From Phoronis australis (Eukaryota; Animalia; Phoronida), in NCBI GenBank assembly GCA_002633005.1, contig NMRA01000061.1:1-64000 (forward strand): a stretch of DNA of 64,000 nt, in the 5' to 3' direction. A program made the translations under genes and the position numbers. Positions 13,006-25,243 of the stretch are shown piece after piece (within the stretch, counting starts at the first letter, position 1; the number at the start of each line of letters is the position of its first letter). Below the pieces are notes generated by a model that did no database searches, was not told the origin of the DNA, and saw nothing but the letters and a program-made list of their open reading frames with translations.

Positions 13006-13423
13006 CTGCAGGCCCTAGTGTCAAACATGGTGCTCTGTGCCAGTCATATACGCAATAACTGCCAAAATGCCCTCATTACTGAAAAATGTCACTCACAATT
13101 CCCAGTTGAAAGATTCCTTCCCGCTGCGTAAGTACAGCGGAACGCAATCGGACTCAAACCGAGCCGTGCGACATGCAGTCAGTCAAAAGTTTATTCAACC
13201 TAGTAGCATGGACTCGATCTCAGATATGTACAATAACTTCAACTGGACTTTATAACCCCCTGAAATTTCCAAGAAAAATATTCAATGAAGCTGAGCATCA
13301 GTTGATTTGAAAAGCAGTACAATCAATGTTATATGCCGTGATATGTTGACACAGTTATTGACACAAGGCATCAGTAGACTACGAAGGCGCAATGCCCGTA
13401 ATGTGTGGGTTATTTCAAAAGGC

Positions 13424-13751
13424 TGACGTCACACGTACCCGAACGACGCTGACTATGGGAATTTCCCCAAGTCATTCTAAACATAAACTTAAAAGTACGA
13501 CTGAGCATGTGTCACAATGTTCATTAAATGGTAGATCAAATGTTTACGATTTCTTATTGGATTAGTCGCGACTATAGACCCAGAGCATCTGTGGGTGTAA
13601 TCACGAATGCGATATTTTAACGTAGCGATATTCATAAACAAGCGTTTTCACAATTAACAATGAAGTTTTTTAGCAGATATTTACGGTAAAGAGTTGTGTC
13701 TTCTCCATATTCCTTGAGAGGTAAAACCCAGTGTCACTGCCGGGAATGTCC
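13424..13751 (+). promoter_or_regulatory. Gene 2 promoter: CRE plus two NF-kB-type sites
   Basis: TGACGTCA 13424-13431, GGGAATTTCC 13457-13466, GGGAATGTCC 13742-13751 (100 bp before the ATG). Confidence 0.55.
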
Positions 13752-13841
13752 CACTAAAAGCATTATATTCTCCTGCGGCTGAATGCGAACCGTCACAGTT
13801 AAGCATTTTTCTAGAATTCACAGGACAAACGTATCGACAAG

Positions 13842-16800
13842 ATGCCAGCGACGTTTTCAAAAGACATGGGAGAACTCGATAACGGCAATGTTAACAAATA
13901 TTACACGGAAGTCGTGAAAATGAGTCTCGAAGACACAAAGCGAAGAGTTGCTAAAGTAATGCCGATAGTTCAAGAAATTTTGAAGTACATCAATGGTCGC
14001 GACCCACGTTTCGCAAAACAGCCTGAGTGTATCGGAAGCTATTGGCAAGGCTTGGAGATTGAGAAGGCTGATGAGTTCGACGTCAATGTCGATGTTCTGG
14101 GGTGCTCAGAATTAGTTTACTGCCCAGACAAAAAGAAGTTTATCGGCTTTAACAAGCAGGTGGATGACCCATCTCCGACTATGAGTGATGATTTGACAAT
14201 AGTCTGTAAATCATCACCTCTCCCGGCGTCTGCTCCTGGTTATGAATACATCTACTGGGAAAGTGACAAAGGCGGTTGGGCGGAGTGGATTGTAGATGGT
14301 CTTCTGGTTCCATTTCTGGTGAAAAGAAGGTTTTTCCACCTGCTTCTCGAGGCCATCAGAACCCTGGAACTTCGAGGTTATTTTTATAGCATTCGTTTTT
14401 TGCTTTTCAAGTTATTTATTTCTGAAATTCCATAATTGATGTTAATTCGAACCCAGCCTTTATTCGAATTTGGGTCCAAAGTAGATTTAGAAAACGAGAC
14501 CATTTGATCAGAATTTTACCATACTAACTTACTTGTGTGCATTTCAATATTTCAAATTATCTCTTATTTCTTTCATTTTCCGCATTTTTCCTGAGAGAAA
14601 TGTTTATTGAGATACTCATCAGCAATTCCAATAGTCACTGCTGTTCTTTTTTGGATAACATGAAAAACGAAACTAAGTAGATGGACAGTTGCACCATTGA
14701 TTAAGAAGGTGTACTGTATAACCAAAGTGCTCGAATGACATGGTGATCGCAAATTTAATCTCTGTGTTGATCAGTCTGGATTCTGGCTGTTGTAAAAGCA
14801 TGATTATTGTGCTCTGATGATTTAAATACAACGGTTAGCTTCATTTTCAATTGACCAATCAAAAACCAGAGATCTACACCACATTCTGTCAAGCCGAAGT
14901 GCTAACAGAGTATGGTTTAGAGACTCAGCTGATATAAAATCACTCCTTGAGTTGAAGGTGTTTCTTGAGATTTGCAAAATCTCATCATTCTCATTTGGTT
15001 AATCACAGGTAGTTCAACTCAGACGATTCACTTACCTAAATTCAAGTTTAACATTTGGACAGAACTTGACTTGTTACGCTTTGTATGAACTATGTCTGTG
15101 TCACGACTGCAAATGAGATCTACCGTGTAGGCCCAGATCAATCAACTGGGCAAGCTCCGTTCCGGCCTGTAGGAATTCCGGTGTCGCAATTTTAAGAAGA
15201 TTTCATAACACTGAATATTCACTGTGAATAATTTCCCTTCATTTAGGAAAGGTGAGGCAAAGTAAACTACTCGCCGGTCCAGCTCTCACTGTTCACGTGA
15301 TGGACGAGAAAGGTGACATTGTTGCTGATGTCGACTTCGCACCAAATATGAAATCTGTCCTCGACTTTCCTGTAAAATGGCCCAAAGGTCACGTCGAATG
15401 GCCCTCGCGCGAAAAGATTCAGGCTGTTTTGGCAAAACGAACGAGCATGGTACCAAGGAAGAATTTTTGTTGGTGGCAATCGTACGCGCAAGCAGACCAG
15501 GAGTTGAGCTGCGGTATTGACGCCGATGGTGGTTGCCGGAAGCTGTGTTTGAGGATGATGAAAAAGATGAGGAGTGACGTCTGGTGTTCAACAAGCACAA
15601 CTCTTACGTCCTACCACTTAAAGGTAAGTCCAATACACCAGATCGTGAAGAGTTGAGAACTTGTCATATGGAAACTTACAGACGTTGCGCAATGGTCTAG
15701 TTCCGCCTTCAGTTCTACTCGATAGGGAGTTTCAGCTGCTTGTTGTCAGTTGCATGAAATCAGACCCAGTAGGAACTCAGCTATGTCCCCTAAATTTTTG
15801 GTGCATTTATAGGCATTGTTTTACTCACTAAAGTTATATTTTCTCCAATATTTCATCTTTGGAATGAGCTCTTATTTCACTTATGACATTTTCGAATAGT
15901 ACGCTTGAAATTTGTGCCCTTATTTCAATGAAAATAAACAATGAATATGTCCTCAGTTTATGGGCGTTGCATGAAAAGGTCCCCGATTACTTTCAATGAA
16001 GATGAACTAAGATTTTTAACGTTTATTCTGTTCAGCACATGTCACTATAATAAATGCTTGAGACCACGGTGAGTGCATAAAATGACCCGCTGTGACACCG
16101 AGCTAACTCGTAGAGCCTGGGCCCGGTCTCCAATCTTTTTACTCGAAATGGAACTCGAAATTAGGTTTGGCATTTTCTACTCTACTTTTGGGCGAACTCA
16201 AGATAAGTGTCCATTATTCTATGCTCGAGTACATAATAACTTACGAAGATAATTTATTGCCCTTAGTTCACAGTTTGTAAACCCAATATTAAAGCAATAA
16301 GTTCGAGTTTGAACTCGAAATTTCGAGTTTTTACTCGAGTTTGTAGCACGAATATAAAGATCTTCAAGGGCAAACTTGAACTAGAAACCCCTATGCATAA
16401 ACTATAATGTATTCGAGCACAGTCTGACAACCAATTATCTTAAGTTCGCACAAAAGGAGCAAAGAAATTGCGATAAATAGTTTTGAGTTCGTTTCGAGTA
16501 CAAATATTAGAGACCGGTCTCAAACAATAACGAACTGTCAGTTCTCCGCTAAGAAATGAAACTTGCTCGGAGCATAAAACTCTAGAACTGTAATGCCAAC
16601 TGTCACGTGTGACTCACGTATTCTACCGGTAGAGTTGCGACTCCGAAATTTCACGGGACTGGCCGTAAAATTCTGGTTTTCTGCTCGCTTGAGTTTTGAT
16701 CGAGTGGTGTAGTTCTCAAATTAAGTGTAATTTCATTGTTTCATTTTCATTATGCCATTTTTGTTCATAATGGAATCATCAAGCGAGACTCTTGAGGTTC

Positions 16801-17628
16801 GGGGGCCTCCTTCAAGAAAACTTTCATAGCTATGGGCGGGCCGAGGGGGAGCTTAACAGGAGGGAGGAGGGGGCGCCTAAGGGCGGCGTGACGTTGGCCA
16901 CCGGAGGTTGGTTGTGTTTGAAACTTTGGTTTGCAATAAGAAGTCAATATTATAACCTTTCAAACGTATAACAACAACCACAACGACAAAAGCAGTAAAT
17001 GGAACAACCTGTATTCACTATAAAATAACTAGCTAAAACAGATCAACGCATATATATGTATACACAGACTGCTCTGTCATGATTAAGATCCTTTAGCATA
17101 GGCGGATCTAGGGGGAAGTCAAGGGGGTCCGGCTTTTCCCCTTGATTTTAGTGGTATCAAATCTAGAATTCTTGACTTGGACTCCCTTTTTTTAAAAAAT
17201 CCTGGAATCCTGTGTAGTTATAAATAATAACAACAACGGTGATTCTGGCAATGAAACATAAAAATCAACTATCATTAGGATTATCATAACGGTTACTACA
17301 ATGAGCAAAAACTTGTAATTTGCTGACATTTTTCATTCTTATAGTTACTTACTTTGTGTGTTTACAGAACACTCTTTGGTGGGAGTGCCAAGAGCGCCCC
17401 CACTCGTGGAGCATAGAAAGAGTCGCCTTCAACTTCATCAGTCTCGTTCGTCGTCTCCATGGCTACGTTAAGGAAAGAAGTCTCCCACTGTACTTCAACC
17501 CAAGCGTTAACTTATTCATCGAAACGCCAACTGAGGATTTGAAGACGGTCGAAATAAAGCTAGAAGAGTTTTTACAAAACCCTTCGTACTTCGTTAGAGC
17601 AGCATTGTCTGAGGAGTACAATGAATGA
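13842..17628 (+). CDS. cGLR: cGAS-like receptor, type A gene 2, ~390 aa, 3 exons
   Basis: Exons 13842-14376, 15247-15623, 17368-17628; canonical splice sites, same phases. Motifs GSYWQGLEIEKADEFD, VDFAP, CRKLCL, SYHLK, LPLYFNPSVNL. Confidence 0.9.
16120..16521. mobile_element. Palindromic MITE in intron 2 of gene 2
   Basis: GGCCCGGTCTCCAATCTTTTTACTCGAAATGGAACTCGAAA mirrors TTTTGAGTTCGTTTCGAGTACAAATATTAGAGACCGGTC, with further internal inverted symmetry. Confidence 0.65.
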
Positions 17629-19349
17629 GCTCAAGGTTTTACTCTACTTGCAAAACTATTAAAGGAATTATTTCCTTTACTTTTACCACTTTAGAACACA
17701 GGATAAGATCCTCAGTCGAAAGATACTCTGAAATAGAAACATTTCGTAACTTTCAGTCCTATTTGTGTTTTTCATATCGTTGCTATTAATTTAAAAAAAA
17801 TAAAATAAAGAAGTGGGCGGTGTTTCCACGGAAACGTCGTTGCATATGGCGGCAGTTGAGTGAGTACCCATAATGCATGAGTCAGTTGTCACTCACTACA
17901 GGCGGCTATTTTAGGTGGTGGTGTTTACTTATCTCAAGACGTGCTACTTGTATATTTATGGGCTAATTTAAATATGTATACAGGTCACTGCTTTGTATTG
18001 TATTTTTGATACATCATTTGTGTAATGTTTACATGTGTATTTACTTTATTATTAATTAATCTAACCTGCACATACGATAAATGGAAATATACGATTATTT
18101 TTTTTATTGCTTATTTCACAGTATTATAATATCCATGCTTTCCTGATGCTATGTGAGAGCATCCTAGACTTCACGTACTGTTTTAAACTCACCATTTAAA
18201 GTGATCGTAGATCGATGTTTACTTTTACGTCATCTCACGTGCGATTCCCCAGGCGGCCTTCCTTTTGGAAATTCCCTCAGTACTAGCAGTTTTAATTACC
18301 TGTCTTGCAAAGATTTAGTCATAGTCTATTATTGGGGATTTTGGATTGAACGTTCCCCAAAACGTTTCGAATAATTTGATATGTGCATTTACTAGTCAGC
18401 CAAGTGGTTTGTTTGGGCTGATATTAATCGCTTACCAGAAATTTCACACAGGTCTCCTGCTAGTCCGCGTTCTGCCAATGCCAAAACAAAATTTTAATTT
18501 AGACCACTGCAGAGGTGGATCGTCTCAATGTATAACTTACACCGAGAGCTTTTTGGGCTTGGAAACAACAGACATTTTATTATTGACCCAGATCAAGATC
18601 GACGTATGAGTGAAATGACTCTTTTTGACCCCAGAGGTCGCCTCTGGTTTGAGGAAGGAACAAGTCGAGACCAATGTCAAAAGCAGCCTCAGGAAGGGAA
18701 GTGATTTCAAGCAATAACCAAGTGTCAGATGTTCTTATCAAGCCCACATATCACTTCTAAGTTGAGTAAAAAACAACTCAGACCAATCCTGTAACTGCAC
18801 GTGATAAAAACAAAAGTTGTTCTTGACAGCATGTGGGTTCACAGAGGCTTTAAATCAAATCATCATATCGCAATGCCCCTTGTACCAATGCTCGCATTCG
18901 TGATTCTTGTCATTACCAAACACTTCTAAAACTCAGCTTCTTTCTGTACCAATTTAAAAAATCTCCTCTATTTTAAACGTGTTGATACTCGCCAGACCGC
19001 ACTTGCAAGACACCTACAACCCGAGTAGTCTTTGATGTATGTGAACCAACCTTTACATGCATTGACTGGCTAAGCAAAGACGATGTTTTCACTAACCAAT
19101 TTACAATGTTGATAATATACTTAGCTTTAATTTCTGCCACGTTTCTTTGGTTATAGCTGCTGGGGACACAGGTTTTAAATACGACGAGATTACTAACCCC
19201 GGAACTGTGATACATATCGTACTGTTTTCACGGTGTGAATAGCAGCATATTGACAGAGGCTAAAAGTCAATCATTTTATACTAATAGTGGGGCAACCGTC
19301 ATGTAATTAAAAACAAAAATATTTGTAACGACTGACAACAGGTCCGCAC

Positions 19350-19595
19350 CATGCGCGCACCCAGTCTTTAAAATGGGGGGCTCGAATCTCTGACAAAGTG
19401 GACGTTTTGCTAATAAAAAAGCGGGAGGACTAAAAAAAAAAAACGGTTATCACCTTCAGGTCTGTGAACTCAGTGTGCGTCTGCGCCTTTTGTCTCGTTT
19501 TCTCGGATATTTGTTTCTCTGAGGCGGACCTTTTTACCCACTTCGCCAAATGGGAGGGGGGGGGGCTCGAACGAGCCCCCCTGCGTGCGCGCATG
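19350..19595. mobile_element. TIR element with 5-bp TSD
   Basis: CATGCGCGCAC...GTGCGCGCATG flanked by CGCAC twice. Empty site at ~12557-12570; related truncated copy from ~35153. Confidence 0.7.
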
Positions 19596-19804
19596 CGCAC
19601 ACGACTCTCAGGATATCCTTCAACGTTGCATAACTGCCGTTAATATGTTGATGTTTTTACTTTATCTTCTGACCACTGAACCTAGGCGCGTCTCAGATCC
19701 AAAACTAACCAACCGCGTGATTCGAGTACAAATTTGTACTCGAAGCGCGTCGTGCCGTTGGCCAATTTTCGAATTGAATTTCGTATACAGAGATTAGATT
19801 ACAG

Positions 19805-20050
19805 GCCCCCGTTCCAAGAAACTGACTTAAGTTCATTTTTGACTGAAGTCTAAGATTTGTCTTAACTTTCAAACTTTGGAACTTTCACATAAGGCAATTA
19901 AGTTAGTCAACTTAAAGACAAAACTTAAGTCAAACCCAAAATCAGTTTTTTTATATTGACACGGACTTAAAGATAAATTGAATTTTTATCTTAAAATTGA
20001 AACAAATTTGAGATTTGTCTTAGTTAAGTGAGTTTTCTTGAAACGGGCCC
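19805..20050. mobile_element. MITE family 1, copy 2 (same insertion site as copy 1 in the paralogous intergenic unit)
   Basis: Same TIRs and internal sequence as 12771-13005, with homologous flanks. Confidence 0.75.
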
Positions 20051-20811
20051 CTGGCTCTGATATCAAACGTGGTGCTCTGTGCCAGTCATATACGCGACAA
20101 CTGCCAAAATGCCCTCATAACTGAAAAGTGTCACTCCCAATTCCTAGTTGAACGATTCTTACCCGCTGCGTAAGTACAGCAGGACGCAATCGGACTCCGA
20201 CCGAGCCGTGCAACAGTCAAAAGTTTATCCAACCCAGTAACATGGATCTCAGATTTGCACAATGACTTCAACTGGACTTTATAACCCCCTGAAATTTCCA
20301 AAAAAAAACATTCAGTGAAGCTGAGCATCAGTTGATTTGAAAAACAAGTCCATTAATATTAAATATATTACGGACATGCTCAACGTCATATGCTGGGATA
20401 TGTTCCGCGGTTCATCAATTCAGTTCTTGACACAGCAGGCATGCAGTCAGCGAATACACAATGCCCGTAAAGTGGGTTATTTTCTATAGAGTGACGTCAC
20501 ACGTACCCGTACCACATTGACTAATATGAGAATTTCCCCTAGTCATTCCAAATACGATTGAGCACAATGTTCACTAATGAATGCAGAACATATGTTTACA
20601 GCTTTTTACTCTGGATATAGTCGCTACCATAGACCAGCGTATCTATTGGTGTAATGACAAATGTGATATTTTATTAGAACGATACTCATAAACAAGCGTG
20701 TTCACAACACCAAAGTTTTTTATCAGCAGTTATTGATCAAGACATTAACGGTAACAAAATTGTCGTGTTTTCTCCACATTACTTGAGCGGTAAAAACCCG
20801 GCGTTATCGCC

Positions 20812-20821
20812 GGGATTTTCC
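20812..20821 (+). promoter_or_regulatory. NF-kB-type site upstream of gene 3
   Basis: GGGATTTTCC 98 bp before the ATG, followed by CATATATT. CRE TGACGTCA at 20492-20499. Confidence 0.55.
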
Positions 20822-20909
20822 CATTTCAAAGCATATATTCGACTACGACTGGATTCGAAGCCAAACAGTTACGCACTTCTAGCACACCTATGAAAAACGC
20901 ACCGACAAG

Positions 20910-23900
20910 ATGCCAGCGACGTTTTCAAAGGACATGGGAGAACTCGATAACGGCAACGTTAACAGATATTACACAGAAGTGAAAATGAGTCGCGAAGACA
21001 CAAAGCGAAGAGTTGCTGAAGTAATGCCGATAGTTCAAGAAATTTTGAAGTACATCAATGGTCGCGACTCACGTTTCGCAAAACAGCCTGAGTGTATTGG
21101 AAGCTATTGGCAAGGCTTGAAGGTTGAGAAAGCTGATGAGTTCGACATAAACGTCGATGTTCTGGGGTGTCCAAATTTGGTTTACACTTCACTAAAAAAC
21201 AAGTTCATAGGCTTCAACAAACACGTGGATGACCCATCGTCGACTTTAAGCGATGATTTGCAAATAGTAAAGAAATCGTCACCGCTTCCTTCGCCTCCCG
21301 AAGGTTATGAGTATACCTACTTAGACGGATATGGTATGGAGAACTGGATTGTGGACGGAGTCCTGATACCATTTCTCATGAAGAGAACCTTTCACCATCT
21401 TCTTGTTGAGGCTATCAGGGTGCTAGGCCTGCGAGGTATACGCTGTTTAATGATTTATTGTAATATTTTGCACATTTAAGAATGAATTGTACATAAACAC
21501 AATTTTATGAAAATCGGACACTTCATAGTTCTAACTCTCCATCGGGTAAGTGAATAACGCAAGGAAATGCGATCGCAATGGGTATTTTATTCGTTATCGT
21601 CATATGACGGATAGCAGACATATGCAGTTCGTCTGTTCATTCTGACATGTATGTTTCATTTATTTAGGAAAGGTAAGACAAAGCAAACTGGTCGCGGGCC
21701 CTGCTTTAACAGTTCACGTGATGGACGAGAGAAGTCGCATAGTTGCTGATGTCGACTTTGCGCCAATTCTGAAATCTGTTGCCGACTTTCCAGTGAGTTG
21801 GCCTAAAGGTGACGTCGCGTGGCCATCGCACGAGAAGATTCAGGCTGTTCTGGCAAAGCGAACGAGCAGAGTACCAAGCAAGAATTTCTGCTGGTGGAGA
21901 TCATACGCACAAGCGGACCACGAGTTGTGCAGAGACATTGATGCCGATGGTGGTTGTCGGAAGCAATGTCTGAGAATGATGAAAAAGATGAAGAGTGACG
22001 TCTGGTGTTCATCGAGCAAAACTCTTACGTCGTACCACTTAAAGGTAAATCCGAGAGTCTGGTTAAGGTGTGCACGACAATAAGATGTGCACTTACTGCT
22101 TTGTTAGGTCATGTGTTGACGTAACGAATTTCGCTTATATGTGCGCGACTAGCACGGTGAACGCTTTGTTTCCTTGAACCGAAACATGGCATATGCCGGT
22201 GCGATTTGATGAGATTTTGCTGCCGTTGCCATTGCCAGCCCAAAATCACCACCATCAACACCATTCATTCTAGGCTATGTTCAAAATTATTTTTATCCTA
22301 AACCAATTGCACTACAATCACTCGCTGCCGCACACAACTACCCCCACCAAAACCAACACGAGTCCAACACGAAACTCGCAACACCACCCCCANCACTGTT
22401 ATCATCAACAGTTACAGAGTAGTGCCGTCACTAATAACTACTTATTTTTGGGTTTAATGATAATCAATCGATTTAAAAATGAGTTTTATGTCATTTAGCA
22501 CATTTAAATGTTCCAAATTGTCACATTGAAAAAAATCTTAGCGTGCAGCGCTACCTTGCGATAACTTCGATGACGTCAGGGTCACCAACCCTTTACTTCG
22601 ATGGTCATTAACTACCGAAGCCAGTATGAACGGTCCAGTTAACTGCGCTGTTTACGTCGACGCTCCGCTCAGACCGGAGTTAAGTCAATATGAAAGGGCC
22701 TTTAAAGGTTGAGAAAGCTGATGAGTTCGACATCAATGTGGATGTTCTGGGGTGTCCAAATTTGGTTTACACTTCACTAAAAAACAAGTTCATAGGCTTC
22801 AACAAACACGTGGATGACCCATCGCCGACTTTAAGCGATGATTTGCAAATAGTAAGGAAATCGTCACCGCTTCCTTCGTCTCCCGAAGGTTATGGGTATA
22901 CCTACTTAGACGGATATGGTATGGAGAACTGGATTGTGGACGGAGTCCTGATACCATTTCTTATGAAGAGAACCTTTCACCATCTTCTTGTTGAGGCTAT
23001 CAGGGTGCTAGGCCTGCGAGGTATACGCTGTTTAATGATTTATTGTAGTATTTTGCACATTTACAAATGAATTGTACATGTACATAAACACAATTTTATG
23101 AAAATCGGACACTTCATAGTTGAGTTCTAACTCTCCATCGGGTAAGTGAATATCGCAAGGAAATGCGATCGCATTGGGTATTTTATTCGTTATCGTCATA
23201 TGACGGCTAGCAGACATATGCAGTTCGTCTGTTCATTCTGACATCTATGTTTCATTTATTTAGGAAAAGTGAGGCAAAGTAAACTGGTCGCCGGTCCTGC
23301 TTTAACAGTTCACGTGATGGAAGAGAGAGGTCGCATAGTTGCTGATGTCGACTTTGCGCCAATTCTGAAATCTGTTGCTGACTTTCCAGTGAGTTGGCCT
23401 AAACGTGACGTCGCTTGGCCATCGCAGGAAAAGATTCAAGCCGTTCTGGCAAAGCGAACGAGCAGAGTACCAAGCAAAAATTTCTGCTGGTGGATTTCAT
23501 ACGCACAAGCGGACCACGAGTTGTGCAGAGACATTGATGCCGATGGTGGTTGCCGGAAGCAATGTTTGAGGATGATGAAAAAAATGAAGAGTGACGTCTG
23601 GTGTTCATCGAGCAAAACTCTTACGTCGTACCACCTAAAGGTAAATCCAAGAGTCCTGCTGGTTAAGGTGCGCACGACAATAAGACGTGCACTTACTGCT
23701 TTGTTAGGTCATGTGTTGACGTAACGATTTTCGCTTATATGTGCGCGACGAGCACGGGTGAACGCTTTGTTTCCTTGAACCGAACCATGGCATATGCCGG
23801 TGCAATTTGATGAGATTTTGCTGCCGTTGCCATTGCCAGCCCAAAATCACCACCATCAACACCATTCATTTTAGGCTATGTTCAAAATTATTTTTATCCT

Positions 23901-24287
23901 AAACCAATTGCACTACAATCACTCGCTGCCGCACACAACTACCCCCACCAAAACCAACGCGAGTCCAACACGAAACTCGCTCCACCACCCCCATTACCAA
24001 CACCGTTTTTTAATGATAATAGTTACATTTATGTTCCTTTATGCTTACAGAACATCCTTTGGTGGGAGTGTCAGGAGCGCCCCCACTCGTGGACCATGGA
24101 AAGAGTTGCGTTCAATTTCATGAGTCTAGTTCGTCGTCTCCATGGCTGCGTCAAGAAAAGACACTTGCCCTTATATTTCAATCCTGACGTGAACTTACTT
24201 CGGGAAAAATCAGATGGAGACTTGATGAAGGTCCAGGGCACTTTAGAGGAGTTTCTTCAAAACCCATCGTACTTCATTCAAGTATAG
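20910..24287 (+). CDS. cGLR: cGAS-like receptor, type A gene 3, ~379 aa (the assembly has a second partial copy of exons 1-2 between exon 2 and exon 3)
   Basis: Exons 20910-21435, 21668-22044 and 24051-24287 (ends YFIQV-stop); intact catalytic motifs. An N at 22393 separates exon 2 from a redundant copy. Confidence 0.78.
22394..22701. mobile_element. Probable end of a DNA transposon (Harbinger-like terminus) abutting the truncated cGLR copy
   Basis: Non-homologous sequence ending TGAAAGGGCCT immediately followed by TTA. The other end is not in the assembly (N at 22393). Confidence 0.4.
22702..23640 (+). pseudogene. 5'-truncated second copy (alternative haplotype or local duplicate) of gene 3 exons 1-2
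   Basis: Homology to gene 3 starts abruptly at the Leu codon of GL-KVEKADEFD (22702). Exon 1 remnant 22702-23020, exon 2 23264-23640. Introns nearly identical to gene 3. Confidence 0.7.
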
Positions 24288-24520
24288 GGTTTTCTGATGG
24301 TGGGACTTACAGATTGTATTATCACTTTTTTGGCTTTTAATGTTTTCACAAGTTCCGATATCTCTAACCGTCAATAGACAGCTATAAAACTAGACAAAAT
24401 TGTTAGGCTGGTTTTGGTGTTCATCGTTTTTATTCGAAAAGGCAGGCGTGTGTCTTAGTTTGCAAAACGATTTCTATGAATATCCATTCCAACAGAGCCT
24501 TTTTAACGTGAACTTATCAG

Positions 24521-24522
<2 letters not shown>

Positions 24523-24551
<29 letters not shown>
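24523..24551. repeat. (CA)n microsatellite
   Basis: Direct observation. Confidence 0.9.
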
Positions 24552-24554
<3 letters not shown>

Positions 24555-25148
24555 GATTAAGGGGCTATTTGTTAATATTTTATTAACATATTATTTCCAA
24601 GACAATAACGTACTCTAGCGCCAACTATCGTAAACTAGTGCTTCCATTCAGTTGTTAGCAATACTAAACTTCGATATGTACAGCTGTGCTCTGAGAGCCT
24701 TTTTAACGTGAACTAATCAGAGGTGAACACACACACCGTTAATTAAGGTGCTATTTGTTAACATTTGGAACTGTGTGAGCCATTTTACCTCGATCCACTT
24801 TTATTCTCACAACAGTGGTCCCAACAGTCATTTGCATTATGACAAGGTAGAGTTTGATGCCAGAGACCTCCTGTAGGCAGAATTCATTTAACGCGAGAGT
24901 GTTGTCGGCTGTCAGCTTTCATGCATGCTCTGACGAATTGTCGGTAAATTGGTCGATCCTCCAACAACTATACAGCAGAACACCAAGAGACATTACAAAA
25001 ATATATAAGACGTGACGGCTATATTTCGACACGAGAAATGTCTCATGTTCAGGCAGAAATAAAATGACACAGGGCTAAAAGCAACAGGTCACAATGTCAC
25101 AACGCAAGTCCAAGCCACCATTACAACACGAAGTAGAAGCAATTGTAG

Positions 25149-25243
25149 GCACTGCGGGGACAGAGCCAGTGCCATGCGGCGCACACTCGTGGGATGCACT
25201 GCGGGGACAGAGCCAGTGCCTTGCTGCGCACACTCGTGGGATG
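25149..25243. repeat. 47-bp tandem duplication
   Basis: GCACTGCGGGGACAGAGCCAGTGCC...GCACACTCGTGGGAT twice. Confidence 0.8.

Noticed and set aside
15267-15600. Recurrent minus-strand ORFs over cGLR exons (also 7881, 13857, 21803, 23399, 30289, 37427, 45737)
   Set aside because: They recur only because the sense exons are paralogous; they are short and motif-free.
22690-22701. ATG start (MKGP) for the truncated copy
   Set aside because: It comes from the foreign insertion; the product would lack the spine helix and GS motif, and there is no promoter evidence.
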